Origin: Anthoceros angustus
Lineage: Eukaryota > Plantae > Anthocerotophyta
Assembly (NCBI GenBank): GCA_010909165.1
Contig: MU008161.1
Span: 1,488,001 to 1,552,000, forward strand
Direction of reading: 5' to 3'
Length of the DNA stretch: 64,000 nt
The translations under genes were made by a program, and so were the position numbers. Position 1 is the stretch's first letter. The number at the start of each line of letters is the position of its first letter. Shown one piece after another: positions 39,648 through 49,303 of the stretch. A model generated the notes under the pieces. The model was not told the origin of the DNA, searched no databases, and worked only from the letters and a program-made list of their open reading frames with translations.

Positions 39648-39680
<33 letters not shown>
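39633..39680. repeat. Hexamer microsatellite (CTGAGC/CCGAGC)n just upstream of the MFS gene; shorter run at about 39492-39514
   Basis: Directly visible, next to a CCAATGATTGG inverted CCAAT pair at about 39615-39625. Confidence 0.85.
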
Positions 39681-39710
39681 AGCAGGGCCTGAGGTCACGC
39701 CCTCCCGGCC

Positions 39711-41654
39711 ATGGCCGAAATCGAGTCCGGGACGCCCTCCAACTCGCGCATCTCGGGAGCCTCCTCGTCCAGCAAAATCTACAACTCCAGGCCCAACACC
39801 GGCGACTCGCCCGAGTACCACGACACGCTCACCTTCGACGCCGACTCCTCCATCTCCAGGTCCTCCAAGGACACCTCCGACCGGGAGCTCTGGGGCTGGT
39901 ACTTGTACGACTTCGGCGCCGCGGCCTACCGCTGCGGCGTCGTCGTCGTCTTCTACCCGCTGCTCATCGTGTGGCTGGCCACCAGGGCCTCGCTGCACCA
40001 GCAGGGCAGCGACATCGCGGCCTTCCCGTCCCCCGACTTCTCCGCGGCGCAATGCGGGGGGAACGTCACCGCCGACTGCTCCGTGTGCGTGCTCGGGGAC
40101 GGATACCGCTACCGGGGCTCCGGGGGAGGCATGGCGGAATTGCCCGCCGTCCGGGTCAGCCTGGGGGGCGCGCTGGACCTCAGCCCCTACTCCCTGCTCA
40201 CCGTCCTGCTGGGCGTGGTGCTCGTGTTCCAGCTGCTGGCCTTCGTCACCCTCAGCCCGCTCATCGACCACGGCACCGGTAAGAAGAGCCTGCTGGCGGT
40301 GTCCACCGGGGTGGGCGTGGCCGCCCTCATGCTCTCCATCAACCTGTACAAAGCCACCTTGTGGTGGACGGCTGTGCTGCTCTTCGTCGTGTCGGATGTG
40401 GCGTTCGGCCAGGCGCTTGTCGTCTACAACTCCTTCCTACTCCCGCTCACCAAGGGCCTGCCCGAGTTGCGCCAGAGCCTCATGGTGGGCACCAGCAACA
40501 AGGATCAGGTACTTGCTGGAGTTGCTCAACGTTCCCCCTTGCCTGCATCGCATTTGGCTGCCGGCTCTTCATGTGTGTGCCTGTCATGGAAGCAGGAGCT
40601 GGCCAGGCTGCACGTGGTAGGGTCGGTGTCGCTGGGAGGAGCCACATTCGGGAACGTCGGGGGTTTCCTGGCCGTGGTCTTGGCATACGGGAGCGTGGCG
40701 TACATCCCCGGGCTCACGGACGCCTTCGCCTTCCGGGCGTCCATCACGATTGCCGGGGTGTGGTGGGCGGTGTGGACCTTCCCCGCGGTGTCCTGGCTGC
40801 GGTGCTACCGGGGGCCGCCCTTCCCGGACACCGTGTTCAAATGGGGGCTGGGGTGGCAGAACCTGTGGTGCCTGCGGACGGAATGCGGCAGGCTCAGGTA
40901 TGCGTTCTGGATCCTGGCTGCGCACTTCGTCTTCACCAACGGGAGCACCAGCCTGTTCCAGGCCACGGTCTTGTATGGGAGGGAGACGCTGTGTATGAGC
41001 AACAGGGAGACGGTGGTGATGGCTTTGGTGGTGTCTCTGTCTGCGGTGCTGGGGTGTCCCTTGTTCGGCTGGCTGCAGAACTGGGCGGGCTTTGACAGCA
41101 CCGTCGTCATCGCCAACATTCTCACGGTCATGACCATCACGGCGTGCTACGCCATGCTGGGGTTTGTGACGGGGCAGGACTCCGTGGGTCTGCACCACCA
41201 GTGGGAGGCCTATGCCATGGCGGCCTGCTATGGCTTTTGCTCCGGAGCTCTCATGTCCTTCTCCCGCACCCTGTTCCTGGACTGTGTCCCGCAGCGGCAA
41301 CAGGGCCTCATGTTCTCCCTCTACGGGCTTGTGCACCAGGCTGGGACCTGGGTGGGTTCGCTCGCCGTCTCCGTCTTCCTGCAGTCTTCCTTAGACCTCA
41401 GATACTCCTTCCTGTATGCTGCGGTTATGCTCCTTTCCGCATCCATTCTGTTGCTGCTCACCGTGGATCACGCGCAAGGGATGATAGACGCTGGCCATAT
41501 CATCAACCGAGACAACACCGATGACATTCCGATGAGTGTTATCAGCGGAGACTCTCCCAATGTCAGGGACTTTTCCTCCTCCTCCACCGTAGTTAGGGAA
41601 TCCTCGTCCAAAGAGCAAAATGTAATTCCATTTGGCTTTCTCGTCAGACTATGA
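39711..41654 (+). CDS. ATG22/UMF1-like major facilitator superfamily transporter (probable 87-nt in-frame intron at 40509-40595)
   Basis: 647-codon ORF with many hydrophobic helices. N-terminal ELWGWYLYDFGAAAY resembles the ATG22-family W.WYLYD motif; also LSPLIDHG..KK, GAL.SFSRTLFLDCVP and FSLYGLV. Family call from recall. Confidence 0.8.
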   Translation: MAEIESGTPSNSRISGASSSSKIYNSRPNTGDSPEYHDTLTFDADSSISRSSKDTSDRELWGWYLYDFGAAAYRCGVVVVFYPLLIVWLATRASLHQQGSDIAAFPSPDFSAAQCGGNVTADCSVCVLGDGYRYRGSGGGMAELPAVRVSLGGALDLSPYSLLTVLLGVVLVFQLLAFVTLSPLIDHGTGKKSLLAVSTGVGVAALMLSINLYKATLWWTAVLLFVVSDVAFGQALVVYNSFLLPLTKGLPELRQSLMVGTSNKDQVLAGVAQRSPLPASHLAAGSSCVCLSWKQELARLHVVGSVSLGGATFGNVGGFLAVVLAYGSVAYIPGLTDAFAFRASITIAGVWWAVWTFPAVSWLRCYRGPPFPDTVFKWGLGWQNLWCLRTECGRLRYAFWILAAHFVFTNGSTSLFQATVLYGRETLCMSNRETVVMALVVSLSAVLGCPLFGWLQNWAGFDSTVVIANILTVMTITACYAMLGFVTGQDSVGLHHQWEAYAMAACYGFCSGALMSFSRTLFLDCVPQRQQGLMFSLYGLVHQAGTWVGSLAVSVFLQSSLDLRYSFLYAAVMLLSASILLLLTVDHAQGMIDAGHIINRDNTDDIPMSVISGDSPNVRDFSSSSTVVRESSSKEQNVIPFGFLVRL

Positions 41655-41901
41655 TGCTGCCCAGGTTTAAATTCACCTGCTACACCAAGACCAGGCCAGT
41701 TCTATCTGATAGCCTAATGAAGGTTGTCCGCACGCAGCGAGTGATCTGTCGCCTGTTACATGCTACACTACCTTGCGTGTCTTTTTTGATCATGAATAAT
41801 GGCACATCAAATGATCCTACCAAGGTTTCTGCCTCACAAAAATTAGACAGAACAGCACCTTGCCCTAAGTAGCTAACACCCACCACTAGCAGGTTGGGCT
41901 C

Positions 41902-43710
41902 TCAAACTACAGCTGATCTCATCTGTTCACTCCCTGACCTCGGAATGCTCACTGCTTGTTGGTGACGCCTCATAGCTAGGATACCAGCGTTGCATCTCAC
42001 ACAACGGTATGAGGAGTTTGCTATGCACCGCGTCCGCAGGCAATAGTAGCAGTGCAGATGCCCACAAGGAAGGGCAGCAACACTCACAGCGATGTGTCTC
42101 TCCTCGCAAATGGGACATGCATCCTCGGGAAGATTGGCAACAGAAGAGTGCCCATTCAGAAAAGGGAATGCCAGCTTCCTCATGGACAAGACATTCAGCA
42201 GTGGCAGGAATAGCAACAGTAGTTCCTGCACATGACAGCAACAAAATCCAGTCAGTTCGAACAAGAATGCTTTTGACTATGTTACCCTTCAAACACGCAG
42301 ATTACGTTACAAGGAGAAAGTATCGATACTGCGCTTGAGAGCCAGCACATACCGAGAATTCATGCCAGACCAACTGCCGATTCATATATTCAAAGCTCAC
42401 AGCTCTGTTCATGGTAGGTCGTTCATAAACCAAGCGTGCTCTCAATAACCTCTCCACAAGAGTAGGATACCTGCTTCAGGTACAGGTTATTTCCAGTCAT
42501 TAAACTCGTGAGAGCACGAGAACATGCCTTCAAGGACAGATGAAAGTCACCTTCCAGAGTATAAGAAGACGAGGTGGTTCAAAAAATTGGCGACGTTGCA
42601 TACTTTTTCCAGCTTCTGCACCAAACCCCAAGCCCAGCGCGTCCATGAATTCTGCCAAACATGAAAGGCGTTACATCAGAAACTCTAGTGACCATGACAC
42701 TTACCAGACTTGGTATGATAGCACGTGTGTAGATATTGAACCTGTTCACCATCACCCCATCTTTGAAAAGCCGAGAACATTTGAAGGCGAGCCAATCCAT
42801 AACGGCAACCGACCATGGCCAAGCAGTAACATATCTTTTGAAACTTTGTGAGGCCTGGTCCTTCAAGTCCGGTTCTCACTGTCCAGACAAAAACAGGAAT
42901 CTCATAAACATGCACCACACCTACGATGCAACAGGTCAGAAACAGAAACGACTACCTACCTTTTCCAGCTGCTGCAAGGACGTCGTAACCCCGTTCATCC
43001 CGATATCGCAAATTCATGAGCGCATTACCAGGAGTAGGACGGTCTACCCAAATGGAGAATCTCCATATCAGTGCTCCTAGGAAAGCATTTAGCTCTGGTT
43101 CGTAACGAGACAGGAAACCTGGCTGCACAAAATAGAGCGTCACCAGCCCACCAGAAGGAACGGGAATTCCACCCATAATGTATATGAGAAAAACACCACT
43201 AAGAACTTGCAGATCTAACACAAAAATGAGCAGCACGAGTGACCATTCCTAGCCTACCTCTGTAACAGAAGGGCGTACCTGTGACAACGAAAACACTTTC
43301 ATGAGCTGCTCTTTCAGCATGCCAGCCATCTCCAGATCAAGTCTTACGGCATCAAATTGATTCACCCGTAGAATTGGTATAGAAACTGGTCTCTGAAACG
43401 AATCAGCAATCAGGGCAAGAGCCGTCAAATTCAGAGCCCTAACACTTGCATTCGAGTTGCACAGGTAATGCATGAAAGCTGTCCGCAGCTTTGTTCCAAA
43501 CATCTAATTGTCCACAAACCAGGAGATGAAAGATGGACACACCTTAAGCGCCAGCCGCATCTGCTCCCACTGTCCTTCAACAGCTCGAAACTCATCCCTC
43601 CAAGCATGCTCTGGAGGAGGAGGGACATTATGCAGACGCCTCCTCAATTCCTCCGACCTGCCGAATCCCAAATGACCAGGGGCCTGCAGAGACGCGGAGC
43701 TGCTGGCCAT
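41902..43710 (-). CDS. PEX2: Peroxin 2 (RING peroxin), multi-exon
   Basis: Exons give IPILRVNQFDAVRLDLEMAGMLKEQL, YEPELNAFL..LIWRFSIWVDRPTPGNALMNLRYRDER, VRTGLEGPGLT..QK, RYPTLVERLLRARLVY..P.MNRAVSFEYMNRQLVWHEFS and a C-terminal RING (CPIC...PCGHLHCYYC...CVRC). First ATG is at 43710 (43713 is GTG). Confidence 0.95.
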
Positions 43711-44163
43711 CACCGCGCCCCAGTCCTAACCCTAATTCGCCGCTCCTCCCAGCTCTCATCAAAGACGCCTACCGCTACAAGGTAGCGGAATGGCGGCAGC
43801 GGCATCAGCGGCAGCTATTGCTATCGAAGCTGCGCCGTGCACTTTGATGCATCTCTATGCACAAAGTAAACGGAACGGCCTGTAAAACGGATGTGGAATA
43901 CTTAAGAGGTAACAGTCGTTACAGCAACAGCGATGCGCCAACCACCTCCAAAGATGCGCAGAACTTCGCCTGCTTTGCGCCCGCGCACTGCGCTGTTTCT
44001 CGAAGCGGGGAGTGCAGCGTTCGCCGTAACCCAGCCTGCACTTGGCAACAACTTGTAGAATTTATCATACTTTATCCACCTATATTCTATCTTTATTATG
44101 ACGCTGCTTAACAAGCCGGCTCCTAAAACTCGTCACGTTATTAATGGGCGCGTGTATGTGCAG

Positions 44164-44207
44164 ACGTGGGGCCCACCATTTAGACGCTAGTTGGATGCCA
44201 GCACGTG
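44164..44207. promoter_or_regulatory. Clustered ACGT/G-box and TCP-like sites upstream of PEX2
   Basis: ACGTGG at 44164, GGGGCCCAC at 44168-44176 and CACGTG at 44202-44207. Motif match only. Confidence 0.3.
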
Positions 44208-44230
44208 CCTACGTCCAGACCTAATGCGGT

Positions 44231-44300
44231 CGGCGACTCCGCATAGAGACTCAATGTACTTCCATCGGCGACTCCGCATAAAGACTCAATGTACTTCCAT
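44231..44300. repeat. Two 35-bp direct repeats (1 mismatch)
   Basis: CGGCGACTCCGCATA(G/A)AGACTCAATGTACTTCCAT x2. Confidence 0.9.
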
Positions 44301-44564
44301 CCCCCTGCTATTGAAATCCAAGGGGCTTTGGGTAAGGTTTTTTCTCGTTTTATCAAGGAGTGTGCAAAGGCCTACCACAACCACAGGAATGGGGTTGGTC
44401 TTCCCCTTTCCAACGTCATGATATATTTCAAGCAACAGGTTTCCATCGTCCTATAAAGGGCCTTGGCCAGCGCTATCTTTAGGAGGATCACGAGTGCTGG
44501 AGACGCGGCATTGGCGGCACTAGTGGTAAGTAGGCCCTCCCCTATCTCGAACGGCGACATCTAG
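44295..44564 (+). mobile_element. 3' remnant of a CRE/R2-superfamily (restriction-like endonuclease) non-LTR retrotransposon
   Basis: One frame reads FHPPAIEIQGALGKVFSRFIKECAK...PLSNVMIYFKQQVSIVL*RALASAIFRR. This matches the F.P.A.E..G and QR(V/I)S..LQR..A C-terminal motifs of such elements. The in-frame TAA probably derives from CAA. Confidence 0.55.
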
Positions 44565-45489
44565 GGGGCAGTTGGGGGTTATAGGGTAGATTAAAGCAGG
44601 GGCATGCCCCCCTGGCCCGATGCCCCGTCGTGGGTTGTCCCCTTTCGCCTCGGAGTAGATGGGATTTCCCATCTTGTTCTTTTTATAAAGTCTACACATT
44701 CCCCCTATCAAGATACCTATAGCTTACTTTGAAGCCTACACTAAGGCTTTCTTTCTAATCCATTCTTAGAGCCTAAGAATAAATATAGAGACAGAAATAA
44801 ACATTCAAAGGATTCACAGCAAAAAGTGAGTTTGTTCTCTTCTCTCACATATACCTAGAAGTATGCTCAATCTTATCATGGTACATATGGCTCATTTTCC
44901 AGCCTAAATTGAGAGCATTCTTCCAAATCAAGCCGTAGAGTCTTCGGGCAAGTATGGAGATTGCAATAAGCATTTAAAGGCATGACGACAGAAAATGAGT
45001 TATTGAGCAGGCTCACACTTGATTCTCATCTCACATTAGGATTGTGTACATCTTCTCCTTCCTATTTTTTGCGAATGCTTTTAGCTGGTAGCAATCTCGA
45101 CAATGTTCTTTTTTCGTTTTAAATTATCTCCAAGGCCACTCTCCATTTTGTTCAGCTAGCTTTGAATCCTATGGACGCTCAAAGGAATTCAAAGTTTGTG
45201 CTCCACGTGATCGGGCTTCTAGCTAACGTAGTTGACACAACAGGATATTGGCTCCAGCACAAGCATGCTTCACCAAAGAAGTATTTGATCGTAGGAGGTT
45301 CTGCATTGTCCGAAGGGTATCCTCCTAAGCTGTGTACCAGCATTTATGTGGCATATCTTGAGGTTTTGTTGATGCTTGTAAGCCGTTAGCACATGTCGTG
45401 TCCTCTCCTACAAGGGAAGGCTTGACCTGACGTAGATACAAGAGTACGGAGAAGCTTACCTGTTGAATGTAATTGGCCATTCATTCGTA

Positions 45490-46115
45490 CACTACAAGAA
45501 AATGAGGGTTTTTACAACGGTTTTTACAACGGGTGTTACAATGCGGCGTTTTAAAACGGTGCAACTTTTAAAACGCCGCAACAACGCCGTTGTAAAACGG
45601 GAGCTTCATGATATTGTAAAATTGCTGACATGGCCAGTTCCAGTGCCATGTCATTAAAGTGGTAATATGGCGCCACATCACCGCCACATCACCAAGTGAT
45701 GACATGGCATGTTGTTGCCACATGGCCCTTCATTGCCACATCATCAGGTGATGATGTGGCATGATTTGATGACATGGCCCTCATCGCCACATCACCATGT
45801 GATGACGTGGTGCCCATTGCCATGTGGCGCCTAGTCGGTAACCCTTGCCATGTCACCTATTTACAATACCTTTTACAAAACCATTCACAACATCCCAATT
45901 GCAAAAGGAATTACAATATCTAAGTTTGAGACGTCTCGGTGTGGGTACAACGCACTTTACAACGACCAGTTTTACAAAACCATCTACAATATCCCAATTG
46001 CAAAAGAAATTACAGCATCTAAATTTGAGACGTCTCGGTGTAGGTACAACGCACTTTACAACGACCAGTTTTACAAAACCATTTACAATATCCCAATTGC
46101 AAAAGGAATTACAAC
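45490..46115 (+). mobile_element. Left end of a CACTA (En/Spm) DNA transposon with subterminal repeats; right end not found
   Basis: CACTACAAGAAAA at 45490-45502 matches the En/Spm TIR. It is followed by direct and inverted TTTTACAACGG/CCGTTGTAAAA and TGCGGCGTTTTAAAA/TTTTAAAACGCCGCA repeats (about 45508-45600) and GCCACATCA/TGATGTGGC clusters (about 45650-45830). Confidence 0.75.
45871..46115. repeat. About 2.5 copies of a 99-bp tandem repeat containing the palindrome GAGACGTCTC
   Basis: TTTTACAAAACCAT starts at 45871, 45970 and 46069. Confidence 0.9.
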
Positions 46116-46827
46116 GTAAGAACTATAGAGGAGAAAGATCCTCACTTAACCCGGGCTTCAATCTAGGCACCAAATTGTCCAAAAACCAGCTGTCATCGTC
46201 CACTTGCTTGCGCTCCAATGTCAGTATTACGGCTCCTATGGCAAATCCAAAAAACAAAGTTAAAATGGGAGGACAATCAAAACTTGCAAATCAAAACTGC
46301 ACCCACAATCAATTGTGGGTGCAGTAGGTGACTTTAGGTAGGGAGCTCAGTTGCTCCTCTTCACCTCGACCTCGTGGTCCCCTTTGGTTGTCCCCTCCTA
46401 TATGGACTTTTCCTATCGTTTTTTCACCTTGATAAAATCTCCCCCCAGTGTGGGCCCCATTAAGTCTGAGCAAAGAAGTAAGATATCCTCAAAAATTATC
46501 TAAGCTCAATTGAGTATATTCTATTTTTAAAGATGAAAATATGCTAGGATTTTAGTTTTACCTTAAACTAGTTCAGACAATATTTCCCTCCAATTGATTC
46601 CCACAACGGAAGGTTCAAATCCTTTCACTTCATATTCTGTTCTTAGTAGACTAAACAGAATTTTTTTCTTTTTTCTTCTAAGTTCAATTTAATATACTCT
46701 ATTTTCAAGAATATGATGCTTTAACTAAACTCTTGCGATATGGAGAGACCCCGTCATACCAATTAGGGAAATCCTTTGTATCCTCTTGTTCTCTACCTTG
46801 AGGACTTTCCTTTTTGGCTGGACTTCT

Positions 46828-47055
46828 CTCGATATGGAAAGAGCCCATCATAGTAATTAGGTAAATCATTTATATCCTCTTATTCTCGATATGGAAAGAG
46901 CCCATCATAGTAATTAGGTAAATCATTTATATCCTCTTATTCTCGATATGGAAAGAGCCCATCATAGTAATTAGGTAAATCATTTATATCCTCTTATTCT
47001 CGATATGGAAAGAGCCCATCATAGTAATTAGGTAAATCATTTATATCCTCTTATT
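46828..47055. repeat. Four 57-bp tandem repeats, with a diverged related unit at about 46735-46825
   Basis: CTCGATATGGAAAGAGCCCATCATAGTAATTAGG... starts at 46828, 46885, 46942 and 46999. Confidence 0.92.
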
Positions 47056-47542
47056 CTCTAGCTCGAGGACTATCCTTGTTTGGCTGAACTTCCACTATAA
47101 ATACTCTTCTAAGACATGAATCTTTATTCTTTCTTTATCTCTCGTTCGAGCTCTCCTAAAGTCATCTTATGTTAAATATATCTTTTCCTTAGAACAAGAC
47201 CTCTAGTGTGTAATTAAACTGATAATTTATCTTATCGATAAAAAAATTATACAATACGCAAAATAAACTCTCTTGTTTTTAGAGAAGACCAAGCTTTATA
47301 TTGTTGAGAATTACAAAACTTGCCCAACACGAGAAGCAAAGAAGTGGATTTGTTATTGGATAAAAGACGACCCTAGAATTCTCAACTGAATATTAGGGAA
47401 AGCAAACAAATAGCTGGGAGCAGGGGCCATCGAAGGGAAGGAGCTAGAAGTGCCTAACCACATCTTGCAAAAAATAAAGAAGAAAAGACCTGGGAAAGTA
47501 GGGACCTCCACACCTAATAAGAGTAGCTAGAGAGCGAGCAAA

Positions 47543-48705
47543 ATGAACTCATTCTCTACACAAGTCATGAGGCTACCGTCATCCAACACTCAAATGAGAA
47601 ACATGAGAGAACAAGAATTACCGTCTTCAATACAAGCTGCCCGAAGTTTGTGGTTTGGGCGTGATGAAGTACTCCCCTCTCAAATGAGAAACATGAGAGA
47701 ACAAAATTACCGTCTTCAATACAAGCTGAAGTTTGTGGTTTGGGCGTGATGAAGTACTCCCTCTCAAATGAGAAACATGAGAGAACAAAATTACCGTCTT
47801 CAATACAAGCTGCCAAGTTTGTGGTTTGGGCGTGATGAAGTACTCCCTCTCAAATGAGAAACATGAGAGAACAAGAATTACCGTCTTCAATACAAGCTGC
47901 CCGAAGTTTGTGGTTTGGGCGTGATGAAGTACTCCCCTCTCAAATGACAAACATGAGAGAAAGGGAATTACGAACTATGTGGTTTGGGCATGATGAAGCA
48001 CTCCCCTCTGAAGAAGCACTCCCCTTTGAAGAAGCACTCCCCTTTGAAGAAGCACTCCCCTCTGAAACAGGGTCATCTAACAACCAAGCTATATTCAGGC
48101 AAAGAAACTCATCAACATCATCCACAACCATTCGTGCGATGTGGTTTGATGTGCGAATCGATGCAGCTACTGCTGACCTTATAGAAAGGTTACCTGTAAC
48201 TCTTTTGAAGGTATGCATCTCATGAAAGCCTTGTCATGAATATTATGTGTATTGCTCTATATTGCTTGTATTTTATTGTATATTGTAGGTGTCATTATAT
48301 CGCATATATTGCATGCATGTCTTGCCTAGTGCTAGCTCATGTCACTCCATCTCTTTTTTGTTAATTACCTATTGGTATTCAAGTTTTTACAATTGAATTG
48401 TGAATCATTTGCTCAGCCAACGGACCGTCCTCAAGACAATTGTGTGGTTTGTTTGGAAACACCGAAATGTGGAGAGACTGTCAAACGTCTTCCTTGCCTG
48501 CACTCGTTTCACCATCAAGTAAGTATTAGTTGCCATGAGTTATCATGTATGCATGTAAAACTTAATATTTATTCCAACTAAAGTTGTATTTTTTTTGCAT
48601 GACATGTAGTGTATCGAAGACTGGTTATACTCAACCCCCTCATGCCCTATTTGCAAAACTTCCTTAATGGATATACAATTGGTTCAAAAATATCCAAAAT
48701 ATTAA
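47543..48705 (+). CDS. RING-H2 (C3H2C3) E3 ligase-like protein with N-terminal tandem repeats; 3 exons; frameshifted in the repeats unless translation starts at 47854
   Basis: Exons ..48210, 48417-48518 and 48610-48705 joined by GT-AG introns give ATADLIERLPVTLLK-PTDRPQDNCVVCLETPKCGETVKRLPCLHSFHHQ-CIEDWLYSTPSCPICK. All 8 ligands and the conserved Trp are present. Confidence 0.75.
47591..47940 (+). repeat. Four about 90-bp coding-phase tandem repeats (QMRNMREQELPSSIQAARSLWFGRDEVLPS), followed by 18-bp EEALP(S/F) repeats at about 47995-48063
   Basis: Units start at 47591, 47681, 47765 and 47851 (lengths 90, 84, 86 and 90 bp). Confidence 0.92.
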
Positions 48706-49303
48706 TTGTAAAGAAAAAAAAGAAATTTATAGTTCACTAAGGTTACACATGTGACCATCATGGAACATAAATAGGGTAAATAAAAATAATTAAATACATA
48801 AAAATAGAAAAAAGTTACTTGCACCAAGGGCATCCACTCCCTCTCAGGTACCCCATCTAAGTGCCGATGTAAGCGTAGGATGCATAATAGCCCAACGTCT
48901 TTATAGCGTGTGTGTCCATTTGGTCTAAACCATTTGTTCATTAGAGTCGACTAGGTAAGAGGGTCTAAAACATGGGTCCTTGAAATCTCTCTTTAAAATG
49001 AAAAATAAAACCTAGAATCTAAAACTTTACTAATTATTGAAATATAATAACTTAACTTATATAACACAATTCAAACGTTGCCGTAATAAAAATTTCATAA
49101 CGTTGCCTTTCGTAAATTTTACAACATCGCCCCCAAAAAAGGGTGCTGTAACCTGTTGTAAGGTTCGCTGTCCTCTAAATTACTTGGAACGTAAATACTC
49201 GAAATACCCGATCCAATTTCACCCCAAAGGAAGTGTGCTGAGTCTAGATTCCGAGCTCGAGGAATACGGAGGTTGCGCCCAAATGGAGGCCCTTTTAGAT
49301 CCA

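Noticed and set aside
46828-47940. 57-bp and 90-bp arrays (and the 99-bp and 25-bp arrays) as CRISPR-like
   Set aside because: They are contiguous tandem repeats without unique spacers, in a eukaryotic context with no cas genes.
48605-48611. TGTAGTG as the right terminus of the CACTA element
   Set aside because: Only 7 of 13 TIR bases match, the next three bases (TAT) do not match the GTA target site, and the word coincides with the RING gene splice acceptor.
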